A stretch of DNA of 64,000 bases from Antedon mediterranea. Taxonomy: Eukaryota; Animalia; Echinodermata. The stretch is from positions 2,170,001 to 2,234,000 of the forward strand of contig NC_092673.1 in assembly GCF_964355755.1 (NCBI RefSeq), given 5' to 3'. A program made the position numbers and the translations under genes. Every line of letters starts with the position of its first letter. Position 1 is the first letter of the stretch. Below the pieces are notes generated by a model, which was given only the letters and a program-made list of their open reading frames with translations, was not told the origin of the DNA and did no database searches. Shown piece by piece: positions 11,301 to 24,308 of the stretch.

Positions 11301-13751
11301 GACAATGCTGTGGGTATCAGTGGCTAGATCTCAATGGAGATACAAAATAAAATAAGCACTGAAAAATGACAATGCTGTGGGTAACAGTGGCTAGATCTCA
11401 ATGGAGATACAAAATAAGCACTGACAAAATGACAATGCTGTGGGTATCAGTGGCTGGATCTCAATGGAGATACAAGAGTATAATAAGCAAAAAGCTAAAT
11501 AAAAACAATAAAATAACAGCCAGAAAGAAGTGGTAAACTAAACTAAAAACACTATACTTCTTCATTATACTTCATCAGAAGACTAACAAATATATCTTTA
11601 TACAGGCATTTACCTTTTTTGAAACTGACTTTATTGACATCATAACCATTTTTTCTTAACGATAATGTTTACGATGAGGCTGCGGCAGGTAGGCATGTAA
11701 GACGGATGTTCCACCCAGGGCGTGGCCTGGGACCACGTACTAGGAGAACTAACATGCATTTTAGCAGCGGAAGTGGTCTCTCAAGTCAACCTTCTAGTTC
11801 ACCTAGTAGTAGAGAAACAATGGATCCCATTGCAGGTATAGTAATATTTTAGTCGAATGCAGTACACCTAGGGTCAACTCGTATTTAATAATATGATTGT
11901 ATTTACTGTAAGATATTTAAACAAAATGGATAAAAAAGATAAAAGTAAAATTGTTTTGTAAAACTGATATAGTTAGATAGATAGTTAAATATAATGTTTA
12001 CTGTTTTGGCATTTGTTCTTGTATTTATATCTGTTTTGTGTTAATGCTCCTGTTATTGGCGCATTTCTTTTGCTGATTGGTTGGGTTTGGAAATAAAATA
12101 AAATAAATAAATAAATTCTGACAATGTTTAGAATGGATTATATTATTGTAAGTTAAAAAAGGACCCCTTAATATCAGTTCTTTGTTAATGAATAAGAAGA
12201 AGCTTGTATAGACTTACTTTAAACAGGATTTAAACCAGAAATTGTTTGGCAAGCAGTGTTATCTCCAGGACCAAACCATGTTTTTTTTTTCACCTTAACA
12301 TATTTACTATTTGATGTGCATTGATTTTTTTAGAATTACTATCACAATTATCTGGAGTGCGGAGGTCGGCAGGACACTCGACAGCATCCCAGCTTCAACA
12401 GTTGCAAATCATGCAACTGCAATTAGAAAGGCAACAAGTTCAACATGCTCAACAAGGCAGCACAAGGCAGCAAGTGGAAAGGCTACCTGTACCCAGGAGG
12501 CAAATGGTCCCATCTAATAATAATAACCCTAATCAAAGTTCAAGTGGGGGTGTTTTAGGAAATGCAGCTTCTAATACACAAAGAGACTCACAGTTTCTAT
12601 TATCTAGGTAAGTATTCAATTTGCAGTTGGAGTTTTCAGAATGTTATTCTCTCATTCAATAAACCCCGTAATCCTTTTCCCTTCGTGCTGTCTTCTCTCC
12701 TTTCAGTGATTCTTTTCGTTTTTTAAAATGTTTTTTCGCAATATCAAATTTTAGAGTTATGTTTCTTGTTATTCTTATTGTATATTTTTGTAAAAATTAC
12801 TTAAAATTTGGCCTCTGACCACAATATGTAATTTATTTTATGTGAATTATAATAAAATTGAATATAAAAGCTATAAAAAAATGTATATATATAATGCATT
12901 GTCAGATATAGTAAAAATCTTGCTTGCAATTCAGACTGAATGTACACATCAAAATTGTCAAAAGCAAAAAACATCAGAGAGCAAAAGCTTAGAAACATTA
13001 TTCAGTGATACATTATTATCTTTCCCACACTAAATTAAATTAGTTAACATTATCATGTGAAACAAGGCATATGAAAGGGAAACTATATTTAACAATAGTA
13101 GTTTAAATATTGTCATATTCTGTGTTACTGGTAACATACACATACACATACGAGTGGTAACAGTAAGCGGAAAACTGCGTAGCTGGTCCCACATAGAATG
13201 TGTATCTATCCTGAACACTCAACAACAACTGCTCCATGTTTGGTGTAAATGGTCATAAGAATTAACATATTCTATATTTTGAGGGTTTTTTTCTTACCGT
13301 TACTGCTTCTGTGTGTAAATTAACCTAATTTTGACCAATTGTATTTCTCAGCATGAAGAGATTCTTGTTGTTGTATGTGACGTGTGAATGTAATAATACA
13401 CAATAGTAATACTAATATACAAATGAGGTTCTGCACAGTGAAAAAAGATGTCAGGGTGGTGATACAATAACTTTCTACAATTATTAAAATTTCTTTCGTC
13501 TTTTCTACAGGATTAATGGATCTTCAGTAACAGATCCTGAGCAACAAGCCATCGAAGAGGAACAGGCTGATAGAAGTTTCTTTCTTCAAGACTTAATTCT
13601 GTCGACGCTAAATGATTCAGATAAAGAATCCGACACGTCTGAATCAATACATGAGTCTTCTGGGGCATGGGGGTATTCCGACGATCCGTCAGAAGTTACG
13701 TTAGATAAGTTTAGTTCTTTGCAATTGAGAGACAAGTCACCAGATTCATAG
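8307..13751 (+). CDS. KCMF1: E3 ubiquitin ligase KCMF1 (ZZ zinc finger + Di19-type C2H2), 7 coding exons
   Basis: Exons 8307-8322, 9355-9522, 10064-10203, 10732-10833, 11673-11835, 12334-12607, 13511-13751. Spliced product [38 protein letters not shown]...FTCPYCGKMG...DDFAAHLTLEHR...RHVRRMFHPGRG...DPIAELLSQLSGVRRS is characteristic of KCMF1. Confidence 0.96.
10330..10490 (-). mobile_element. SINE fragment (CORE/MIR-like body), same family as 32225-32521
   Basis: Reverse complement contains AGGCAAGGCACTTTAC...CCTCTCTCCACCCAGGTGTA...ACTGGGGTAATAATG...AGCGC, as in the 32225 copy. Confidence 0.7.
10834..11672 (+). other. U12-type (minor spliceosome) AT-AC intron in KCMF1
   Basis: 5' end ATATCCTTT at 10834, branch site TTTCTTAAC at ~11652-11660, AC acceptor at 11671-11672. 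The join ...RDL|DEAAAGRHVRR... is in frame. Confidence 0.92.
10988..11490 (+). mobile_element. tRNA-derived SINE with tandemly amplified 3' tail
   Basis: A box TAGCTTGGTGG and B box GGTTCAATCC (locally duplicated). Four ~65-70-bp copies of GGGTATCAGTGGCTAGATCTCAATGGAGATACAA at ~11231-11490. The same tail occurs at ~17700-17765 and ~31985-32045 (-). Confidence 0.7.
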
Positions 13752-14916
13752 CAGAGAGTTTAAAAATTTAGTTAATAGGTGAAAGAATTGTACCTTAAAT
13801 AACACTAATACAAAGTAATGACCAGGAGGCCTAGGTATTATACTAAAAGTTAGTGTTGGTCAACGCATTTATTGTTGTATGCTGAACATACAGTAAATTT
13901 AAATACCACGTACGTACATCTACGGGTGCACATCACGCATTCGTACGAACACGTTTACATTAAGCCTGTAGCTTGAGTGTGTAACAGGCGTGAATTTACA
14001 TATCAATTGTCTGTTGTGTACGTTTCTATGTTTGAGTGTTTTTAGCATTCCTTGTTTTCGGTTTTAATGATAAATTAGGATAGCAAACGCAAGATTCAGG
14101 CCCTAGTCTTACGTGCTTGCCCAACCAAATATCACCTAAATTAGGGAGGCATAATACCATAGAAAGCTTTCTCATGAAATTGTTGCTATTTGATATAGAT
14201 CACTTGACTTCACATCAATCAATTGATTTGCATTCACATCCTACTAGAACCAAACATGTACGTGTATCAAGCATGTGACATTATTTTTTTATTTGCATAT
14301 TTACCTACCAACACTACTGTAAAACTGCTGACTAGTTAGTATGCCTGCATCCAAAATATCAACTTCTTTTCAGTTATGACTGATGAATGTCAAGTAATCT
14401 GCACATGTTCACAAACTAATCACCTGTTGTGATAGCTTTTGCTACAATACCAAAGTTTTCTATGTTCCTTGTTGTAACCCTATGCTCACTGACAGTATCC
14501 CTTTTAGACACTTTTATTTATGTTCAAAACAAATATAGATATAACAATTATGTATTATCCCTCGCCCCCCCCCCCCCTCCCCAAACTACTCCGAAATTCT
14601 TAAACATAAATGATGATGTTGTTAATAATAAGTATATCAGACTTGTTATCTATAAATTTAATTGTTGTTATTAGTAAACAAACTTTGATTATAAACAAAT
14701 ATAACAAATATAGATGTAAGTTTGTCATGTGAGTTTTATATTCCACACAAATAAGCGTGTTTTTTATTTAAACTCAAAATTTTCAATAAATTAAAATTCA
14801 TAAAGGCCCAAGCGCTTATTTGTGTATGAATATGTATTTTCTAAAAATACATTATTGTTTATAAACAATGAGTTAAATTGCGGAACTACAGTACATGTTT
14901 TTACTGTACAGCATAA

Positions 14917-15025
14917 AGCTCTGTCTACACTATCAAATTTTATGTGACAACAAAATGTGATGGACATGATGATGTCATATCAATACCATACCATACCACA
15001 CTTAGTTTAATAGTGTAGACAGTTT
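14917..15025. mobile_element. MITE family A copy (PIF/Harbinger-like)
   Basis: Terminal AGCTCTGTCTACACTATCAAA...ATAGTGTAGACAG. Other copies at ~42963-43117, 48628-48841, 50419-50555, 54109-54245, 58664-58823 and 59584-59733. Confidence 0.75.
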
Positions 15026-16282
15026 AACATTTCAAATGTGAAATTATTTTGAACCTGTAATTTATTTATGTCCCAGAAAATGTGTTCTTTTGAAAAATAA
15101 CGTAAAAGTATAGAATATACCCAGATTCAGGTACTACAACTTTTAGAAGTTACAACATTTAGAAGCTTGATATAGCAACATTTATCAAATTCCAATTTAA
15201 AACAGATAGTTGATGAGGAATTTTATTTCATATTTTTAAATTTTAAATATTCATAATCTATGTTTGATCTTGTTCGTTATTGTAATGTAGATTTTGTAAT
15301 CAACTTTCACTCCCAAACAATTCAAACATATCTTTATGTTGGTAGGTATAACATTGGAATCTAATAATTCCTGTCGTAGTTATGGGTATGACTATTACAA
15401 TATAGCTTCTTACAAATTGTGATGTGTAATTTAAAAAGATAAAATATATGTATCCGATTACTGTATCTTTAAATTGTCCAGGTGTCACATGTGACACTGT
15501 TTTACAGAATTATCCTAAGATACTGGCCAGAATGCCATATGTGGAGATACAGTACAGACAATTAGATGAAATATGGAAGGTTGCTGTGATCTTTTAAAAT
15601 AACGCCTAAAGTAAACATATTTTTGATTATTGTATATTGTAACGTCTGATTTGGGATTTGTACCCAACATTTATCAACTAATGTCTGGTGGTCTACCTCC
15701 TGTGTCATAGGTCCTTTCCATGTGACATCATGTTGCCTCCCATTCTATAACCAGTCAACTAATATACAATTACTCTTTGATATTATCCTTCAATTCAATT
15801 ATTGATATTATTCAATATCATTTTATTGCATTTTTTTGTTAGGAATTTTTTATATTTTGTCATCTTAAATATATTTTTTTGCTAAATTATTTTCAAAGGT
15901 TAAAGGCTTCATCTACACGTAGACCTATTGTAATTTAGTTTGATGATATGGGCACGTCCTGTTTTTAGTTTGAAATTTATGTTCCATCGAAATATGTAAA
16001 CATGACAACCTATCATTACAGTTGTTATAAAAATGTTTTGAGCGAAATATTAAAACAAAATGTTTAATGCAAAATTGTCCAGTTGTAATGAGTATTATGT
16101 ATTATAAAGTCAATTGGTCCATTACAATATGCTGACTAGATATTTATATTGACATTTTTTGTGAAGAATACAGTGGGGTGTATTTAGGGGATATGTTTTG
16201 TTGACTTTTAGATATTCATGAGAATTTGTGACCTTTTCCCCTTTGTTATTATGTTATCTCTCCATCAAAGATAATGTGTGCA

Positions 16283-16936
16283 CAACAAACCAGTACTGTG
16301 CAAGGTCCAAATAGGGAGTGGTAACACCTAACTGATCCAAAGGACAAATGATCGAAGTGGTTGAGTAGTCATATATTAGCTAAATAAAATGTTCTACAAT
16401 AGGAGAAATCAACACTCAACATAGAAAAGAAAGGTAAGATATTAAAGCTATACCTACCTCTACAAACACAAACTTTGTATGCCTGATTATACATTTTGCT
16501 TGTCCAACCTACTGTCTGTCTAAGCAAAACTATATTCTAATGATATGTAATAATTACATACACTTCAGACTTGGGTAAGCATGCAAGTTTAATGCTGTAT
16601 TTAAACGAACGAACAAACAAGTACTGTGCAAGGTCCAAGGAATGGTAACACCTAACTGATCCAAAAGACAAATGATCGAAGTGGTTGAGTAGTCATATAT
16701 TAGCTAAATAAAATGTTCTACAATAGGAGAAATCAACACTCAACATAGAAAAGAAAGGTAAGATAAAAGCTATACCTACCTCTACAAACAAAAACTTTGT
16801 ATGCCTGATAATGCATTCTGTTTGTCCAACCTACTGTCTGTCTGTCAAAACTATATTTCTAGTAAGAGATGTACTATTTACATACACGTCAGTCTTGGGT
16901 AAGCAAGCAAAGCATGCAAGCTTTAATGCTGTATTT
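16283..16936 (+). repeat. Direct tandem duplication (~328 bp) upstream of the NLR, each copy with a candidate non-coding exon donor
   Basis: GTACTGTGCAAGGTCCAA at 16293 and 16621. Both copies contain AAAG|GTAAGA. Confidence 0.85.
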
Positions 16937-17073
16937 ATACACTCTATGAGTTCCACTATCTGAGCTACATCAATTTTAACAAAAGTTAAATATCTTTTCA
17001 TATTCTTTGATGATAAAATGTTTGCAATTTATTCTCCATCAATTTTCTTTGTAGACAGCAAACTTCTAGTGGA

Positions 17074-20000
17074 ATGGCTGACATCGAAAGTAACTTCAGG
17101 GACTTAAAATTTGATCTTAGTGAACACTACAAGGGTCGTAACTACCTGTGGTTGAGATTTCTCCTTTATGATTTCATACCTGGAGACTATTTAACCAATC
17201 CAGATTTCACAGGGAATAATTTATTTAATAAACTTCAAGAATCTGGTTGTATTAGACCTAAAAAAGTGGACCTTTTATTAGAAGTTACTCAAGTTTCAGG
17301 TTTGAAAGAAGCAAAAGAGCTTGTAATTCAGTATATGAACAATAATAATGTTCACAATACTGGTCAAGAATATTTGTCTTCATTTCGCAAACAACTATTT
17401 CAGGCCATAAACCAATGTGGACCAGAAGACCTGAAAAAGGTTATTGGTTACTATGGACTAGAGAGTTTTGATTTAAAAAATCTTTGGGACGTTGTGTTTA
17501 GATTAGAGAGAGACGGCCTTTTAAAAGATGAATTAAGCAAGAATAGGTTTAAACGTCTGCTTGTACAACGTGCACAGGATGAATTGCTATGTATTGGTAT
17601 GTATTTTTTTTTTTAACTTTATCAATAAAAAATATATATGTTATCCGACATTTTACATTCTTATGTCTGCCAAAAGTATAAAATCCAGGCAAATTACTGA
17701 AAACTGACAATGCTGTGAGTATTAGTAACTGATCTCAAATGAGATACTGTACAAATAAAACAAGCATGAGTCGCTTTTTAACAATCTAGCAGAGAATTCA
17801 GAGAGATTTACATTAATCGGACAAAGGTATCAAATACGTAAAATTAATAATTTCAACAATAAAGGTTTTTTTTTTCAGACGAACCTGGAACATCAAAACA
17901 GTTCACAGGATCAAGAAATCCACAAAGTAGGTATAATTATCATTAATCAATAATAATAAATAAATCATTTTCTACCAAAAAGTGTAAAATACAAAAAAGT
18001 TGGGTTAATGTGGAGATTAACAGCCATTAATTAATGTATATCATATGTTGTGTTGTAATAGATATTATATTCAAATGCACACTATAATTCTTTTCCAGAT
18101 AAATCTGGAACATCGCAACAATCTAAGAGACCAAGAAGTACACAAGGTATATATTTTATTCATTTATGGTGATGTTGTATATAGTAGTTGTGGATCCAGA
18201 GAACTAATTAATAAAATTAGATCAGAAGAGTGAATTCCCTGGTTTAAATAAATACCTTGATTAATAATTATGTACTGTATTATAAATATTTAACATATTT
18301 TTCTGCTTTTATACCTATATAGCTCCCATTTCTTGTATATTGTAATCGTGTTCTTGTACTTTTTCTTGTATTGTTATTGATTTTGATCAAATTTATTATA
18401 ATATTTAAGTGAACAGTGTCAAATTGTAATATATATTTGTTATTTTACAAATGATTCTGGAACATCAAAACAGACAAAGAGGTCGAGTCCAGAGGGTACG
18501 TTTTATTGATTAGGGTGATGTCTGAATTGTTATAAATTTTCAGGAGAACGAAACTAATAAACTATATTTTATTTTATTTTTGTTTTGTACAGATCAACCT
18601 GGAACATCAAAACAAGAAACAAATTCAAAAAGTTCAGGTAAATTTACTCGTCGCGCGTGTGTGAATCCGATTGTATTGAAAATAGATAGAGGAAACAAGC
18701 TTGCGCAGTTTAGCCGGTCTATAGTTCAAGAAGGGCATGGCAATAAACCGGCGATTAACCAGTATATAGTATCTTGGTTAATAATATAAGCCAGTGATTA
18801 ACCAATCAGATGCTGTGAATTGAAAGGTGTTGGTATAATCAGACTACTGTATATAGTATCTTAATAATAATTATGTACTGTATTCTAAATATTCAATTTT
18901 AACTCAAATTTCTAGTGAATTCCTTGTAATATTCTTCTTGTACTTTTTCTTATATATTGCTTCTGAAATTGATTTTGAATGAATTTGTGTAAAATTGTAA
19001 ACATATTTTTTTTTTTTTTTACAGATGAACCTGGGACATCAAAACAGACGGAAATATCAAGTCCAGTGATCAATGATTGTAGGTTTTGATTTTGAGCATG
19101 GCAATCAAGTTGATGATAATGGCATTAACAACCTTATAATAATATCATAAGAATGAATTGCACTTGAAATTTTACCTTATAGATAACTTTTTACCTGAAT
19201 AATTACCCATAAATGATATGTTTAGCTGTACTGTATTTTAAAGTATGATATATATAAAAAAGGAACTTGTAATAATTAAGTAATATTTATATTATTTAAA
19301 TTTTGCTATTTTAAATTTCTATTATGTACCAGGTGCGGATTTAGGTTGGACTAAAATTTAACAGCCATGTTTTTTTCATAATAAAATATATACTATTATT
19401 CTTTTATCATTTATGAAATATTTAGCCTCTCCTAATCTATAATTCTGGATCGCCCCTGTGTACTTTTTCCCATTGTGCTTAAAAGATTTACTATTTTTTA
19501 ATGGTACAGTTCTAAACACATATTTTCTACCAAAAAGTGTAAAATCAAAAAAAAAATAGTATTAATGTGGAGATTAACAGCCATAAATTACTGTATATCA
19601 TATGTTGTGTTGAAATAGATATTTCAATATATTCTCTACAGTATATTCAAATGCACACTATAATTCTTTTCCAGATAAATATGGACAATTGCAACAATCT
19701 AAGAGACCAAAAAGTCCACAAGGTATATATTTTATTCATTTATGGTGATATTGTATATAGTAGTTGTAGATCCAGAGAACTAATTAATAGTTTAGATCAG
19801 GGAAGAGTGAATTCCCTCTTCCCTGGTTTAAATAAATACCTTGATTAATAATTATGTACTGTATTATAAATATTTAACATATTTTTTTGCTTTTATACCT
19901 ATACAGCTCCCATTTCTTGTATATTGCTTGTAATCATGTTCTTGTACATTTTCTTGTATTCTTGATTTTGATCAATTTATTATAATATTTAAGTGGACAG

Positions 20001-23000
20001 TGTAAAATTGTAATACAGTATATATTTGTTATTTTACAGATGATCCTGGGACATCAAAACAGACAAAGAGATCGAGTCCAGAGGGTACGTTTTATTCATT
20101 AAGGGTGATGTTTCAAATTTTATATTTGCCCTTAAAATTTAATTTTCAGGTCAATGAAAAACCTAAAAGATTTACTATTTTTTAAGAGAAGTATCAAATG
20201 ATTTTGTAGGTTTTGATTTTGAGCATGGCAATCAAGTTGATGATAATGACAGTAACAAGCTTATAATAATAACACCACAATGAATTACACTTTCTTATAT
20301 AAAAAAAAAATATATTGACACTTAAAATTTGAACTTATAGATAACTTTTTACCTGTATAATTACCCACAAATGATAGGTTTACCTGTACATTTTAAAGTA
20401 TGGTAATAGTATATTACAAGTTATAATAATATATGGCTAATATGGAAATTGTAAAAAATAATTATATTATTTATATTTTGCAATTTTAAATTTCTATTAT
20501 GTACCAGGTGCGGATTTAGGTGGGGCTAAAATTTAACAGCCATGTTTACTTTAAAATAAAATAATGACTATTTTTCTTTTATCATATAATGCCCCTGTGA
20601 ACTTTTTCCCATTGTGTTTTATGTCCTCCACAAATATAGATAGATCACACTAATATATAAAACCCAAAAACTTTCAAAAAATATTACAAGGGAAAGACAA
20701 CATGAATAAATATTTAGATGTAATATTTTAATATTTTAGATGAGAAAATAAGGCACTATCTGCTAAGCAATCAACAAAAAGTATACCGCACATTCCATCA
20801 GTTTACACCACAAACCATGAATTCTGCACTTCAATTAAATATAGCTGACATGTTCACCGAGCTGGAACTACTAAAATCGACAACAAATGAAGGCAATCAA
20901 CGTATAGAATTGAAAGGTCTTGTAGAAAGAATTACACCTAAATGCAGAGTTCTCATCAGTGGTGAAGGAGGTATTGGTAAAACTACCTTACTGAGGCATT
21001 TTGCATATAACTGGGCTACTAAAGATAAATTTGAAATTTTTAAAGGTAAAATACTATTTCTCATCAATATTAGAGATTTAGAGAAAGGTGACAATATTTT
21101 AGATGCTATTGTAAAACCCATTGAGCTTGAAGATTTCAGCTTGTCAACAGGTCTATCAGGAGATGATCCAAACTTGATCAAGAAATTTTTAATGGATCAT
21201 GATGATTCAATTGTATTACTGATAGATGGTTTAGATGAATTAAGATTTCAAAACAAAAGCCCACTACGTCTTTTCAAACGGGAAAGACTAGAGAATAGTT
21301 CAGTAGTAGTTACTTCTCGTTCAGTAAATATAGATGATTACATTAAGACAAGTAATTTACATGTGCAAGTAATAGGGTTTGATCACAAAAATGTAAAGAA
21401 ATATATTAAGAGATATTTTGATCATGTTAACAAATCTAAACTGGGAGATTTCTTTATTAAACAGTTTAATCGTTATGATTTCCATAAAGAACATCCAGTG
21501 GTGTATGCAATGTGTAAGAATCCTATGCTGCTTCTCTCAATTTGTTTCATGTGGAAAAAAAACCAACATCTTCCTACTGACAAAGTAGATTTATTCAAAG
21601 CATTTTTTCTGTGTATTTTGAATCAATTTAACAGACAAAACAATCCTCCTAAAATTTGTGATTTTCAAAAAATACCGGAAAAATATTTAGCATCTATGCT
21701 ACTGTTAGGAAAGTGCATGTATAAACAATTAAAGAAAAACCAACTTTCATTTACCAAAGATGAGTTATATACAGCAGGTATAGATAGAGATGCAGTAGAT
21801 GATATGCTTGCCTTGACTCTAAACCTTGGTTTTGTATATGAAGATAAATCTAGTTTAGACGAGTCTAATCTGATAAAGACTTTCACAACTCCTCACAAGT
21901 TAATAGTAGAATCATTGGTTGGGTTTTACCTATACAAGGTATGTGAAAAAGAAAATTTGGAGAGTGAAAGTGAAAATATGAAATGTTTACTTTCGACATT
22001 AAGTGATCAAGAATGGGAGATAATAAGAGAAAGTGAACATTTAAAAATGGCACGTAAATTTGCAATTGGATTTCTTGGTGTCAATGCTGCAAAGTTTTTG
22101 AAACATTGGATCACAAATAGTTTTCCAACATTTCGTTCTTTGATTTTGCTTTTGAAAGAAGTAGAAAGAAGTAGTAATGATAAGCATTTGGAGGAAGTAG
22201 AAACTAACCTTATGAAACATATAACAACAACAAAGTTAGACATACAAATTAATGATGTATGTAACTCATTAAGATTCTTTCTCACTCACTATGAACCAAA
22301 TACAAATGTACATACAGAAAATGTATTATACCTTTTGAGAAAAGTTCATGACATACCTTCTTTTCACATTGCTGAAAACGTGTATAGTGATATGCCACCT
22401 GAAGCAAAAGGTAAAGCAATTGCTCACAGTTTGATTGCTGTGTCAAATCAAGAAAGGATTTTGAACACGATTACTAGAGATTGTGTGGATTATGTAATAG
22501 ATGAATGTGAAAAACACAATATGAAATATGACATAGAGGAATTTTATATTCATGATAGATCAACTGCTACATTAGTTCACATTTTAACAAATTCACCAAA
22601 ACTGAAATGTTTCTATGCACATCCTAACACTATTACAGGTACTGTATTGAATGATGTAGTATTAGGCCTACAATGTTGTAGTAAATCAGTTCGTTCAAGT
22701 GAAGTAATACATGCTAAGCAACCAATTATGTTAACATTAGACAAACTTCATATAAGTGATAATAATCTCAGTCAAGTTGATGGTGCTTTACTGGCATCTT
22801 TAATCTGTATGAATAAAGATAGTTCGAGTATGCTTAGTTTGTCTCAACTTAATATGCATAATTGCAATTTATCAGGTAAGATCATGAATAATATGATCAC
22901 AGAGTATTCTATTAGAAAAGCTACCTTGAGATTATCTAATCTGGATATAAGTGATAATAATCTCAGTCAAATTGATGGTGCTTTACTGGCATCTTTTATC

Positions 23001-24308
23001 TGTATGAATAAAGATAGTTATGGTAGGCTTCCTTTGACTCATCTTAATATGCATAATTGCAATTTATCAGGTAAGATCATGAATAATATGATCACAGAGT
23101 GTTCTAGTAGAACAGCTACCTTAAGGTTATATAAACTGGATATAAGTGATAATAATCTCAGTCAAATTGATGGTGCTTTACTGGCATCTTTAATCTGTAT
23201 GATTAAAAATAGTTCATTTAGGTTTGATTGCTCTCAACTTAATATGCATAATTGCAATTTATCAGGTGAGATCATGAATAATATGATCACAGAGTGTTCT
23301 ATTAGAAAAGCTACCTTGAGATTAGATAAACTGGATATAAGTGATAATAATCTCAGTCAAATTGATGGTGCTTTACTGGCATCTTTTATCTGTATGAATA
23401 AAGATAGTTATGGTAGTCTTCGTTTGCCTGAACTTAATATGCATAATTGCAATTTATCAGGTGAGATCATGAATAATATGATCACAGAGTGTTCTAGTAG
23501 AACAGCTACCTTGAGATTATCTAAACTGGATATAAGTGATAATAATCTCAGTCAAATTGATGGTGCTTTACTGGCATCTTTAATCTGTATGATTAAAAAT
23601 AGTTCATTTAGGTTTGATTTCTCTCAACTTAATATGCATAATTGCAATTTATCAGGTGAGGTGATGAATAATATGATCACAGAGTGTTCTAGTAGAACAG
23701 CTACCTTTTGGTTATCTAAACTGGATATAAGTGATAATAATCTCAGTCAAATTGATGGTGCTTTACTGGCATCTTTAATCGGTATGAATAAAAATAGTTC
23801 AGGTAGGGTTTGTTTGTCTCAACTTAATATTCATAATTGCAATTTATCAGGTGAGGTGATGAATAATATGATCACAGAGTGTTCTAGTAGAACAGCTACC
23901 TTGAGATTAGGTAAACTGGATATAAGTGATAACAATCTCAGTCAAATTGATGGTGCTTTACTGGCATCTTTAATCTGTAGGAATAAAAATAGTTCAGGTA
24001 GGCTTGGTTTCTCTCAACTTAATATGCATAATTGCAATTTATCAGGTGAGATATTAAATAATATGATCACAGAGTGTTCCAGTGGAACAGCAGCTACCTT
24101 TTGGTTATCTAACCTGGATATAAGTGATAATAATCTCAGTCAAGTTGATAGTGGTTTACTGGCATCTTTTATCTGTATGATAGAATCAGATAGGCTTCGT
24201 TTGACTCAACTTAATATGCAAAATTGCAATTTATCAATTGAGGTGATGAATATGACTAAAAGTTTAAATAGAAGAGTAATAATTAACACTGAAGTGATAT
24301 CTATTTAA
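17074..24308 (+). CDS. NLR-family innate immune receptor: tandem DED-like domains, micro-exon linker, NACHT, LRR
   Basis: Exon 17074-17596 encodes two death-fold (DED-like) repeats and ends in a phase-1 donor. Phase 1-1 micro-exons at 17879-17926, 18099-18146, 18593-18637, 19675-19722 and 20040-20084. Terminal exon 20740-24308 is in frame with the 1163-aa ORF: Walker A GEGGIGKTT, Walker B VLLIDGLDE, CKNPMLL, winged-helix FTTPHKLIVE, then LxxLDISDNNL / LNMHNCNL LRRs. Confidence 0.88.
22740..24260 (+). repeat. Eight near-identical 195-bp coding units (65-aa LRR pair; last unit partial)
   Basis: GATAATAATCTCAGTCAA recurs at 22758, 22953 and onward with 195-bp period. Confidence 0.95.
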
